A stretch of DNA of 64,000 nt. Origin: Spizellomyces punctatus DAOM BR117. Taxonomy: Eukaryota. The notes beneath the pieces were generated by a model. The model searched no databases. It was not told where the DNA came from and was given only the letters and a program-made list of their open reading frames with translations. The position numbers and the translations under genes are program-made. How positions within the stretch are numbered: position 1 is the stretch's first letter; each line of letters starts with the position of its first letter. The DNA lies in NCBI GenBank assembly GCA_000182565.2, contig KQ257455.1; one strand, 5' to 3'. This document shows, in pieces, positions 1 through 12,628 of this stretch.

Positions 1-466
1 AGCTCCGAATGCTGGCGGAAAGAAGTCCTGCTCATTTGATGGGGTATATCAACCCTCCTTGACAGCCAGTTTTGCGGACAATGAGATTTATGCTTTTTCG
101 TATTTTTACGACAAATTTGCCGAACCATTTGGGCTCGTATCGGACCTTGGATTTTCAGTTGGCCAGATTCGGGCAGCGGCAGAAAAGGTGTGCGCGGGGA
201 AACTCTCTCCACAAGAGATTTCAAAGATGGCCGGTGAGGAAGCGGCGCAACTATTTTCGGATCCCGAGTGGTGTACGGATTTGGGCTTCATCTACGGCCT
301 TCTCAGCATTGGATACGAGATTCCAGACGATAGAGTATTAAAGACGGCGAAGAAGATCAATGGGGTGGAGACGGGATGGAGTCTGGGAGCGGCTTTGAAT
401 ATGGTAGACGGCTGGGGTAAGGAAGGCCGAGGATTGTGCGTGAAGGCTTTACCCGATGAATCATGA
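1..466 (+). CDS. GDA1: GDA1/CD39 family nucleoside diphosphatase (apyrase), 3' end only
   Basis: C-terminal motifs YAFSYFYD, WCTDLGFIYGLL.GY and KTAKKINGVETGWSLGAAL (apyrase conserved region 5). The gene starts upstream of the window. Confidence 0.88.
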   Translation, partial: APNAGGKKSCSFDGVYQPSLTASFADNEIYAFSYFYDKFAEPFGLVSDLGFSVGQIRAAAEKVCAGKLSPQEISKMAGEEAAQLFSDPEWCTDLGFIYGLLSIGYEIPDDRVLKTAKKINGVETGWSLGAALNMVDGWGKEGRGLCVKALPDES

Positions 467-553
467 TCACAAGGACAAGCCTGTGAAATATGTAGAATAT
501 GGCAAACCAAAACAGATGCAGTCCCTGACAGATGTTAATCATATATGTATCCA

Positions 554-2225
554 TCAGTCGTCTTCATCGCTTGAAATGATGTGACGCTTTTTCTTTGCTC
601 TCATCACATTGTCCTCCTCATCTACATCGTCATCCACGTCCATGGGGTCACTGGATTCTACATTTCTCTTCGGTGTTATGGTGGATTCACCCCGTCGACT
701 AGCCTCCCCGCTTTGCGATGTTCGCCGACTACTATCCTGTCTCTTAGCCTTCATGATACGCTCCCTATTTATCCGTTCCCTCTCCTCTTCTTCTTCGTCT
801 GCTGCATCATCTTCATCGTCATCGACAACTGTCCAATATCATTGCGTGAGAACAAACACACGACGCAGAAGGACACCTTCCAACTCACCAAAGTCATCTT
901 CGTATTTGTCAAGAGCTTGCCGAATATTAGCATTGCCTCGAACGTAGAGTTCATCATCTTCGGAATCGTCCTCGAGATCTCGGGATGTCAACCCCCTCGC
1001 TCCAAGCGTAGCGTTACGTCGTTTTGCCTCCAAACGTCGCCGCGCTCTCAATTTTTCCATTTCGGACTGAAAATCAGAGTACTGCAGTAAGTGTACAAGG
1101 TACTTTGATGATAACCATCAGAGATTAGTCCGACAAGAAATATGGGTACCTTTTCCAAAGCTTCTCTCTGCTTTTCGGGATCCATCATCGTTACGATCTG
1201 CTTCGTTTTTATTTTCTTCTCGTGTTTCTTTGCAATCTCGCGAGTGAGTTTTCTATGTACAAGTTGGTTGACACCATATGGCCTGAACATCATTGTGCGC
1301 GGGACCCGGCTCTGTGCTTGGAAAATGCCCTCGTCTGGGAATTGGACAGTAAGGTACTGATGTGGAGCACCTTCTGTGCAGTTCACGTCGAAAAACTCAT
1401 TGCCAAGGAGTAGAGAGTATGTGCCGTCTGACCATCGGACCAAACGGGCGTTCGACTCTTTAGTTTCCTAGCGAGTCTATTAGCCATGTTGGGCAAGGCG
1501 CTAATGAAACCCTCTAGCTTGCATACCTCGCCGTCACTGTTTCTCACAGTACGCCATCTAATTGTATTCTCTACACTCACATGGCTAGCTCCTTCTTCTT
1601 CCCGCCGCGCCGCTTCCCCCTCCTCGTGAAGGTACTTGAATCAAGGGTCGATACTCAACGGCCATGAAATTCGGAAGTCGTACAAGGTAGAGCTATNNNN
1701 NNNNNNNNNNNNNNNNNNNNNNNNNNNNNNNNNNNNNNNNNNNNNNNNNNNNNNNNNNNNNNNNNNNNNNNNNNNNNNNNNNNNNNNNNNNNNNNNNNNN
1801 NNNNNNNNNNNNNNNNNNNNNNNNNNNNNNNNNNNNNNNNNNNNNNNNNNNNNNNNNNNNNNNNNNNNNNNNNNNNNNNNNNNNNNNNNNNNNNNNNNNN
1901 NNNNNNNNNNNNNNNNNNNNNNNNNNNNNNNNNNNNNNNNNNNNNNNNNNNNNNNNNNNNNNNNNNNNNNNNNNNNNNNNNNNNNCTTGTCAATGTCCCC
2001 CGGCTGGGACCGAGAACTGGAGCGCGAGCGAGAACTGGACCGTGACCCCGGGGGAGACCGGGATGGTGATCGTCCCCGCGCTTCTTCCTCCTCCTCCCCT
2101 GACGGCTCGGGTGTGTTTCTGTCTTTGGTGTCTCCCTCTTCATCGCTCAAAGCAATACGCCTATTACCCGCCCGAGGTTTCGCCTGAACGTCCCCATCCG
2201 AATCTGAGCCGAACAAGTCATCCAT
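554..2225 (-). CDS. LEO1: Paf1 complex subunit Leo1 (multi-exon, spans the assembly gap)
   Basis: N-terminal MDDLFGSDSD, then VENTIRWR and NARLVRWSDGTYSLLLGNEFFDV (Leo1 domain), and an acidic/basic tail. A short upstream exon (ATG ~2353) could add MGSWFPTETEA in frame. Confidence 0.9.
1697..1985. other. Assembly gap (N run) inside LEO1
   Basis: Run of n characters. Confidence 0.99.
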
Positions 2226-2821
2226 GGCCTCTGTCTCCGTCTGGAGTTGGAAATGCAAAGCGACACACTTGCTAGTCAGCACGCATTTAAACCGGTTATA
2301 TCATAAAACCGGTTGAATGACCGGTCCAACCATACTGGAAACCAACTTCCCATCGCTGTGGTGTTGAGCCTATCCTCAACCTCACTCGCGGGACACTTGC
2401 TCTCGTCAAGTGTCGTATAGACATGCCAATTATATGATGGTAGCCCTTGAATGAAAGTAACATCCGGCATCAAACATTTTCAATGATAACTTGAGCAGTA
2501 TTGATACCCAGTCAAGGGTTTAACTGACTGGATCGCAATACAGATTGGAGCGTAAAGCTACGGTTCCCGTCACGACTGTTTTATAGACTATCACCCACTA
2601 TGTACTCGTTCGATGTCTTTCCAATTCAAGACTAGAAATCTTCCTCGTTCTCCTTACTTGAAACAGGCATCAATGGGCTCCTAGCTGTCCCAAAATGTGC
2701 AGCCACTTCATGTATGCTCTCCTTTGGTGGAAAAAAGGCTGGGCCAAGATACCTACAGTGAGATATCATTACTCCAGATACTGTACACATTTTGAATCGT
2801 AAAAGGATGGAAGCATTTTTC

Positions 2822-2828
2822 TATAAAA
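2822..2828 (+). promoter_or_regulatory. Putative TATA box (TATAAAA) upstream of a small signal-peptide ORF
   Basis: TATAAAAGG about 84 nt upstream of ATG 2906. Confidence 0.4.
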
Positions 2829-2905
2829 GGAGCCAATCCATCAATCAATGATCGATCGTACACAAGAAGCACCAGCTGTTCATCAATTAAGCAGCTACAC
2901 TCACG

Positions 2906-3092
2906 ATGAAGCTCTTCATTGCCCTCGCTCTCCTCTTCTTCGCTCTTACTCAGTGTATGATGTCTTTATCGTCGTTTACTTTCCGGGTGCCTCCTCATGC
3001 TAACGTTAGTTGTCAATATAAACCCCGTGCGACTTGGGCAAGAAAGAGGTTACATGCAGAAACGTACGCAGGCAAGAAAAACTAGATCGTGA
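2906..3092 (+). CDS. Putative small secreted peptide (~43 aa, 2 exons) or relic of one
   Basis: MKLFIALALLFFALTQ signal-like start; intron 2955-3009 (GTATGA...GCTAAC..TAG); spliced product continues FVNINPVRLGQERGYMQKRTQARKTRS*. Confidence 0.35.
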
Positions 3093-3236
3093 TGGGACTC
3101 AGACCAGAGTAATCAGTCAGTCACATGAGTGTCATGTGCCTTGATGCGTCATCCAGCACAAGATCAACTTTCCCCAGCAGAATGTTCCTAGTCTGAAAAA
3201 GACATATTCTAAATAGTTTACAAAACGATAGATAGT

Positions 3237-4293
3237 ATGGACCACGCAACGATACGGGCACTGAAGAATGCACTCCGCAAGGATATGAGGAAAAGACTAG
3301 CGCAAGTGCCAGCAGACATTGTCAGGAAGGAATGTGCGTAGGCAAAAAGGTCGCGTACAACCACCGAGCGTTGGTCTCAACCTAATATTTGTTCGAGTTC
3401 AGCCAATATCGTCATACAAAAGCTATTTGCAATGAAAGAATATCAGCAAAGTCGAAATATTAGCGTGTACATTAGTATGCCCTCTGGAGAAGTATCAACA
3501 ACGGAAATCATTAGAGATCTATTTGATAAAGGTAAATGCCCAATATCTTCCAGATACGGGACACCCTGGACTCATCCATTTTGATTTGGAAAGGCAAAAA
3601 ATGCTTCATACCGAGATGTGACGGTAACGTAATGGTAAGTTGGAACCAGCCCTTATACGCCTTATCATTCCACAAGTAATAAGTACCACTTCAGGAAATG
3701 GTACGGTTGGTTTCTTGGGACGACTACAAAGCACTACCAACCAATAAGTGGAATATTCCTGAACCACTCTTGGACGAGGCAAGAGAGAATGGTAAGCATC
3801 CTGAGCATTACATCACTGCGAGGCGTCTCGGTCTCACCAATTTGGGATCAACAGCCTTGCAAAGTGAAGGACTGGACCTTGTTATTGTACCAGGTAGTAG
3901 ACAGATGATGTTGGGATGAATAAACTAAGCTCATTATCTTGTTCCATCTTCATAGGACTCGCCTTTGATGGAGAGGGATGGCGTATGGGCCACGGAAAAG
4001 GGTGAGGATCTTCCTTATTTATTCTATATGCTACTCAGAGATTGATCGGGTTACGTCTACAGATACTACGACCGCTATCTTCGAAAAGTCGCGGACTGGT
4101 CCGCATCAGCAGGAAAACCACCACCAATTACAGGTATGTCTCTCAACGCAGGGAGTTCCCATACTGCTTCCCTGATTCTTGCGCAATAGTGGCGTTGGCA
4201 CTGTCTGAGCAAGTTATCGAATCGCCTGTCCCACGGGAGTCCTTCGACCAGAAACCGCATTACGTGATTACACCGACAGGCGTAATTGAGTGA
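3237..4293 (+). CDS. FAU1: 5-formyltetrahydrofolate cyclo-ligase (MTHFS/Fau1), multi-exon
   Basis: K.ALRK.MR at the N-terminus, ISVYISMPSGEVST, NKWNIPEP, GLDLVIVPGLAFD...GHGKG..DRY, VALALSEQ. Confidence 0.92.
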
Positions 4294-4344
4294 TCCTGTC
4301 TGCATTTAAGTGTTTCCCAATAATATATACAATGATTCCCATCC

Positions 4345-5740
4345 CTACTCTTCGTCATCGTTCGAAACATCCGCATCTTCATCGGATGCATCAACCCACC
4401 CTTCCCCTATTGCAGTACCCAGATCTCTCAACGCTGACTTGTACACATATCTACGATCTTTTTCAGCCACGCCAACAGTATCCGGTGGGGCAGATCCTAA
4501 AACAAAGTCTATGAGCCAATACCCTTCTGAAGGACTTATCCTCTTCGTTTACCATACCAACGATGTCATCGAACGCCGGTGCGATTGCACATTGCTCATC
4601 TGTCAATTGCTTTCCTAAAATCCAAATCTCAGTGTCTGGTCCAGTCAAATCTCGTCAGATTGTAGTACCTTTTGCTGAAGGTAAGAGATTCCGCATATAT
4701 TCTTGGGCCAGTATTCCTGAAAAAGCGCAAGCTCATATCATTAGTAATTTCCCACTTGTAAAAAGCTCTCCTGACAGATACGTACCCAGAGCGATCAAAG
4801 CCGAGCCATTCATGGAGTAAAACATATCCTGCAGTGTCCCATCTTCAAATAGGGGCAAATGTTCTGTATCAGTATTGTACAACTGAGAGGAGTACAGGTG
4901 GATGGCGTCCAAGAGCTCCTTTAAAAAGCGCCCGTTAGTACATTGCCCTGCGGTAGTCAAGCGTCCATTCACCCACAGAACTCGGCAACCGAAAACGGAT
5001 GGAGTCTACAGAAAGCCCCAATCAGTATTCCCTTCCAGTGCTTCTTCCAGACATTCAAGTCAGGTAAGTTACGCTCAACTCGCACCAAAATTTGGATTGT
5101 TTTGTGAAACGTCTTGTTGGTCTAGAACGGCCGTATCTATATCTTCCATCACGATCCTTTCGGCATCTTCAAGCTGGCCACTATCTTGAGGTCTAGTCAT
5201 AATTCGGTTGAAACATGCAGTGGATAGCATCCAAGTGTGTGCGTGTTCTTACCTTTCATCATTTGGCGCATTTGCAAGATTATCTGCTTCTCGAGGACCT
5301 TCATGGTTTTCGGAAGCCTTTCCACCGTGATGCAAAGTCAAAACAGGTAAGGGCTGCCCTCTGTCAGTGGGCAAGCCTTCCCAATTGCGGACTAGTGTAT
5401 TGAAAACTTGACGGCCTTTTAGTCCATTCTCCATGGATAGGCGACTGTACGTCGCGACTCTCCCGGCAACTTTTCGATCGCCCACCCTTCTTGTTCTGGA
5501 GGCATCCCCCGCCACAAGAACATCCACACGCTTCTTCCCCAGAAAAGCTCGACCATCTATTGCAGCCACGCCCGATGATCCTTTTCTGGTCGTGGACGTT
5601 ATCTTTGAAAAGTGGCATGGCCGGTTCTGTTCTTTGCAAAAAGTGCAAGGTACATTCGCAGGGCTCCCGTCGCACTTGATATTGCCATTCCTCGTGCGAC
5701 ACCTGTCGCACATTCGTTGGCGCCTCCGCGCCCGAGCCAT
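4345..5740 (-). CDS. Zn(II)2Cys6 cluster protein with C-terminal Rrn10-like (Pol I UAF subunit) motif
   Basis: N-terminal CDRCRTRNGNIKCDGSPANVPCTFCKEQNRPC; spliced downstream exons give LPSSELLDAIHLYSSQLY...MFYSMNGSALIALGILAQEY; acidic end with TAG at 4345-4347. Confidence 0.7.
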
Positions 5741-6241
5741 GGTGTTATGCCAGGCAATGCCAGTGGATCATTAGCGTGCGATCTGCTGTCCAGAAAGCGG
5801 ATCTTCACAACCAAGACTTACGTACAAAGCGCAGATCACCAGTATGACACGTGACAAATGTCAAGGTGACTATCCCACATATTTGGAGGCACAGTAATGC
5901 TGACAATTTTCTTCCAGCCAGAGTTTGTAATCTGTAGAAGGGGCGAAACGCCTTGAAAAGGTCCTTCTGCAGTTGTCAAATTTCCTTTGAAAATCAAAAC
6001 AAAAGGTGAGCGTCGATTTGCATTCGAGGGAACGAACTGACGATGGAGCGTGGTGAAAGGAATGGCTTTGTGCTCTGCCATGGGACTGGAAGGGCGATGG
6101 GGTTGTAGCGGACGGTGTTCATGTGGAGGGCATTGTATCGTTGGAAGCGGGAGGGAAATGAGGCGAGGACAATTGGAGGGGAGGTTCCACCGTCATGCTT
6201 GGTCTAACGCCGTATATGTGGTCGCTCTCCTCGTTCTTTAG

Positions 6242-7166
<925 letters not shown>

Positions 7167-7536
7167 TTTTGGCAAAATATTGTTGTAACCAATAAATATG
7201 AGCACGTTGTCTTCCTCGTAAATGCATCGTAAATGTTGTGATTTTTGTGAAATGCTCGAAGGACTGAGCAGAGACCCAAGAATGGGTTGAGCATGACATA
7301 GCTTCGTTTATCTAGCCAGTTGTTGCTGTTTGTTTATTAAACTATAGAGTGGCCTAAGTAGGTTCCTATCGCTAGATAGCTGCGAATGATGGCAATGTCA
7401 TCCACTATCCTATCTACTGCCGTTGTCCATGCTTCCAATCCTATTCGATTTCCCTTTGTGACAAAACTACTATCAGATTTCCTATGTCCCCGGATGTATC
7501 AAGGTTCTCAGCAACCGGACCTGATGGACTGGTCGT

Positions 7537-7989
7537 TCACCCGCCGTGCAACGTTGATATGAAGACTATCGTATCATCGTCCTTCAGTACATATTCAAGC
7601 TCCCCTTCCAATTCCCAGTCCGCGTCATTGATCAATACCAAGATTCCGGGGCGTCTACAGGAGCAAGAATTAACTGAGATTCCAGGCAATGTAAGACTGA
7701 TCTCTGTTCGGGTCCTTACACCGTGTCTCCTTGCATGAATAGTTCAGCGCGCTCGCTGAGCAGGTTGTCACGCATCCATGGTAGAAGATCCTTGAGGGTT
7801 GCAAGGGCTGGAGTAAAGGTATCTGGGAGAGTCACGGTCTTTTCCTTTTCGTTATTGAAGAGGAGTTCCATTCCTCCACTAGATCAGAAAAGTAAGCCAG
7901 GGCACATGTTTCTGGGACGATGGGAGGATCAAGTAAGGTACTCGTAGCCTCCGTACGCACCTAAATTGGAGATGTATAGTGAGGCCCAT
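7537..7989 (-). CDS. URM1: Ubiquitin-related modifier 1, 3 exons
   Basis: Spliced: [17 protein letters not shown]...[47 protein letters not shown]. Absent from the ORF track. Confidence 0.95.
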
Positions 7990-8192
7990 CGACAGTTCAA
8001 TCTCGTTGGAAATCCAAAAGATCTCAGAAGAATAAAAACAAGGCTGTCAGGATGACGGTATCGCGTAGCCATTTCAGAGATTGCTTACGTCGCCTTCAAT
8101 CCGCTCACCTGACGGCCGTGGGTTGCGGTTCCACCATTACTGAACACCATTTTCGACGGCAATCCTCAACGTACATTTATAACGCAAGGGCA

Positions 8193-9727
8193 ATGGAAAA
8201 CCAGGAGCAAGAGACTATCCAGCTAATTATAGACACGGATGTTGGTATAGATGATGCTACCGCCATCTTGGTTGCTCTGCAGCATCCAAAAGCTGTTGTA
8301 AAGGTACGATAACGGTCGTCGTTTGCAAATGTTGCACCCTGGAAGTCGTCAATCATAGAGTAACTGTATTATAAGGCTTTCACAATAGTTGACGGTAACG
8401 AAACCGTGGTTTCAGACGCTGATCTCTCGCCAGATCTACATGCTGATCTGGTTCCACGCAGGCAATGTCGACATGCGGCAGGCAGTAGAAAACTGTAAAA
8501 CACTCCTCTCAGTAGCCCATCGAAAGGATATTCCTATTTACCCTGGAGCAGACGGTCCCCTCGTTCGTGGTATTGTCAAAAAAGAGCTGTGGCCTGGTCA
8601 CGGCACCGACGGGTTGGGAGGCATCACGACTCATGAGGTATAAAGGGTTTATCCTCAGCATCACGCACGCTCTTGCTAACTATCCTGCAGGATTTGACAT
8701 TGCCTGGCGCACACGATATAAAGGAACAGAAGGAACACGCCGCGCTTGCGTTGATTCGAATGGTCAACGAGAACCCTGGTGTTTATTCGATTGTGGCCAT
8801 TGGACCATTAACGTGAGTATCATCCGTCAACCATCCATTTTTCGACGGTCCTATAAATTGACTCTTGGTAACTTCAGCAACATAGCTATCGCCATCACGA
8901 TAGATCCGACTTTTTTAACAAAAGTCAAGTCTGTTTACATAATGGGCGGATGCTTGTTCGCAAAGGGTAATGCCAATCGAGCGGGTGAGCATGATTGTGT
9001 GCTACGATGGCCTCTGCCTCATTAATTCTTACACATGTTCAGCCGAGTTCAACATTCATTGTGATCCCGAGGCGGCCCACATCGTTTTCCATTCATCATC
9101 ACAACTCTCCACCCCATCCAACCCTCCCAAACTCACCCTGATCACTTGGGAGCTAACGGTTGAACATGGCTTCCCATGGTCATTCTTTGACTACTTGACT
9201 CAGACTGCGCCAGTCAATGAATACGGAAAATTCTTGCGAACGGTCACAGGCTGTGCCGAGTCGCTTTCAAGAGCACAACACGAACTTCTTGCTGGTGGTC
9301 CTGGCCCCACCGTTCCGACCGCCGTACTAGTCAGCAAAGAGCAATTGGGTGTCTCTACGGATGCGGTTACGGGACAAAAGACAAGAATTAGAACACAGCA
9401 CGAGGATTATTTGTACGGCGCCAACTCGTTCTTGATGTGAGTCTTCCGACGTTGACTGTGTTTGACTGGTCACAAGTTGTCTCTAATTTCACTTTTTGTA
9501 GGCCGGACTTATACGCACTGGTTGCACTTCTCGATCCCTCGAGTGTTACCAGTTACAAAGATTGGGACGTTCAAGTAGAGCTTCACGGACACCATACAAG
9601 AGGAATGACGCATATGGATTGGTGGGGTGCTTCACCGGTGCCGGGGCCCAACGTGCGGGTTGTGCTCGCAATGGATAGGGAAAAGGTGAAAATGATGTTG
9701 GAAAAGTCATTCAAGACTGGTTTCTAG
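8193..9727 (+). CDS. Inosine/uridine-preferring nucleoside hydrolase family protein, multi-exon
   Basis: IIDTDVGIDDA (DxDxxxDD), HGTDGLG, AIGPLTNIA, IMGG, AEFNIHCDPEAA, HTRGMT. Confidence 0.93.
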
Positions 9728-9947
9728 ACAATCATGTGGACGCCTAGAATGCATGTAATGGTTGTCAGAACGGCCGAATCTGGCGATGTAAGTACATCTG
9801 GGACTGTTGAACTGATTTGCCAGATAACGATGTGCTTTATGGACTCTATTTAATAAACTAGAGAGAGATGCATTAAAGCTGCAAATGTCAGGTGCCAGCT
9901 CTTACAATCCACATCCATCTGATTTCCCTAGTCTAACTTTGTATTAG

Positions 9948-10637
9948 TTATGCCCGGCTAAGTGCAGACAATCTGCGGAGGCGCCAATGATATCAGCTGA
10001 CAAGTTGACAAGAAGGCACCGATGTCATGTACATACGCTTCCTCCACAAAGGTGTCGGATCGTATTCGGTTCTGATCCACACCACTTGGCCGCTGATTTG
10101 ACTTTTCCGCCGCGCCAATGTTTTTCATTGCTGTCATCGCATTCAAAATCATGCCATGAGCAGAGTATCGAGAAACCTTTATTATGACGTAGGGGACTGT
10201 CTTACCTGCGTCGTACTGCTCCTTTGTTATCCAACCTCGCCCAGTTACATCAAATATGCGAAACAATGCTTGTAGGTCGCCTCTCGTAAACAGTATAAGG
10301 GATTGACCTCTAGCCTAATGACGCCAGTGGTTAAGGCATTGTCGACGAAGAAAACTCTATCCTTTGTGTACCCTTGCACTCCGCATTTCCTCCAGTTTCC
10401 GGACCATGAACTCTCTTGGGTCATCTGTTAAGAGCGACGTGTAAAGATCAGTCTTATTTCATTATAGAGGGACCATACATCATGATTTCAAGACTGACCT
10501 GGTTGCTCGTAAAGACACGCACAAATGAGTTGCTGAATAATCTGCGGTACTTTGTTCTTGTTCAGATACTCGGCTGCTTCACGGGAATGTTCTGATACAG
10601 ACGCATTTCCAGATTTCGTGCTTGTTAATGATGGCAT
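9948..10637 (-). CDS. EFCAB10: EFCAB10-like protein (RIIa-like docking domain + EF-hand), flagellum-associated
   Basis: EAAEYLNKNKVPQIIQQLICACLYEQPDDPREFMVRKLEE, then LQALFRIFDVTGRGWITKEQY..AMKNIG. Confidence 0.8.
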
Positions 10638-11022
10638 GGTGTGCGTGCTATTGATCGGTTGACAAAAGGTAAACGCTTTGTGAAGGACGTCGGGAGTTGC
10701 TTTGGTAAGATGATCACGTGTCAGGCTCACGTCACGCGTTTTGCGACGATCGCCGCAGCCCAACCCAACCTTGAACTCTTTACTACCGACTGACCACGGA
10801 GGACACTCGAGTGATAGGAGGTTGGTACTATTGTCATCGCCTTAGCATAAAGGCTATTTGTAGTTTGCTGCGTAGATACTGATAGTGTTGGGGAGTGGGA
10901 ACTATACTGTTTGACAAAAGTTTGACATGTTTTGGAGTTTCCGTTGACTTTGTGTGAAGGTAACCGCCAACCGCAGCAGGGCTTTTAGGCATTTTGGCAA
11001 ACCTAGTATCCCGAGGATAACA

Positions 11023-12464
11023 ATGACGGTCATCAGAGATGCATCACATGCCGGGTCCTGGTACTCTGGTTCAGGTGCGCATCATCTTTTACTAGGCACT
11101 GTGTCCGTCAAAAATTGAACTGCTAAGGCCATCTATTCATTTTCTTGGAACATTAGGAAAGAGACTTTCAAGCGAACTTAATGGCTGGCTGGCTCAAGTT
11201 CCTACCTCTGGCAGTGATGGGTCGTTGAGTAATTTTCCTTTGCCTATAACAAAGTGTAGAGCAATCATTGCACCGTGTGTGTCATATGGGATGTTGTTCG
11301 AAACATACGTTATGAGCACATGGGGCTGATCTCTCGTTTCCGCAGACATGCTGGATACTCTTACAGCGGACCCGCTGCTGCATATGCGTACAAGTGCGTC
11401 GATGTAGAGCCCATGTAGGTGTCGCACAAGCATGGTAGTCATGGCACGCAAGCTTAATCTGCCCCGGACTTTTCATCTGCAGCAAACGAGTTTTTGTACT
11501 AGGGTAAGGAACTGAATATAACGTTTTCGGAATCAGAATCTCTTTCTAATATAGGAGCGTCCCTTTTTGTAGTCCGAGCCATCACTTCTATCTCGACGGA
11601 TGTGCCTTGTCACAGTGCGACGAGTACGAAACACCTTTGGGAAACTTGAAACTTGACAAGGATGGTACGCGCCGTCCAATAAGCAAAACAACCTGATGCG
11701 TTCGATTAAATCTGGCCCATCGCTCGTAAGTTATCGCTAAGCTCAAAGCGACTGGAGAGTTCTCCTTGATGAGTCAGCAAGTGGATGAGGATGAACACAG
11801 CATTGAAATGCACATCCCTTATGTGTACAAGATTTTTGAAAAGTACGCTGATACTGAGAATGGCACGAACTTCCTACCCGACTAATGAGACTGTTATAAT
11901 AGAAAGCAAGAGCCGTACACCATTGTACCGATTCTCGTCGGTGCCATTTCTGCAGAAAAAGAAGCAAAGTTCGGTCGACTGTTAGCATCTTACCTCGCAG
12001 ATTCTCAAAATCTGTTTGTGGTTTCCTCTGACTTTTGTCATTGGGGCTCACGGTTTTCTTACACGTACCAAGGAAATGGGAACAGAGACACCCCAATATA
12101 TCAATGTATTGAAACACTCGACCGTGAAGGGATGGAGATCATTGAAACGATCGACCCAAAGAGTTTTACGGCATATCTCAAGAAAACTCGCAATACGATT
12201 TGCGGAAGACATCCGATTGGCGTCTTACTTAATGCAGCAGCCATACTGATTAATGGTCAGACTGAAGATGAGGACACAAGCGGGAAACGGAAGAAACAAA
12301 AATCGGATGGCGCCGATAACATCGCCGGGAGAGCAGCTAACGGCAATGGTACCGTAAAAAAGGCAGAGATCAAGTTTGTTCATTATGCTCAGTCTAGTAA
12401 GGTTACGAGCACTCGTGATAGTTCCGTGTCGTATGCTTCGGCGTATCTGTATCTTGATCTGTAG
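11023..12464 (+). CDS. MEMO1: MEMO1/AmmeMemo family protein, multi-exon
   Basis: [62 protein letters not shown]...DSSVSYAS. Confidence 0.95.
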
Positions 12465-12628
12465 GGATTTTGTATCATTGCGCCCAAGATAAGACTGGGC
12501 GGCGTATTTGTTAGTAGCCTGATTCAAGTATAGCCATATTGTTCAGTTGAAGAGTTATGTTCCTCTTTACTTAATGAGAGCCTTTAAGTAAGGATCAGTC
12601 CCATCTATTAAAACATAATTAATGTTTT

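Noticed and set aside
581-1090. Plus-strand ORFs opposite LEO1, and the many other antisense ORFs in the track
   Set aside because: They are shadows of real genes on the opposite strand and have no recognisable motifs.
1636-2187. ORFs spanning the N run
   Set aside because: Artefacts of the assembly gap; only the minus-strand LEO1 frame is supported.
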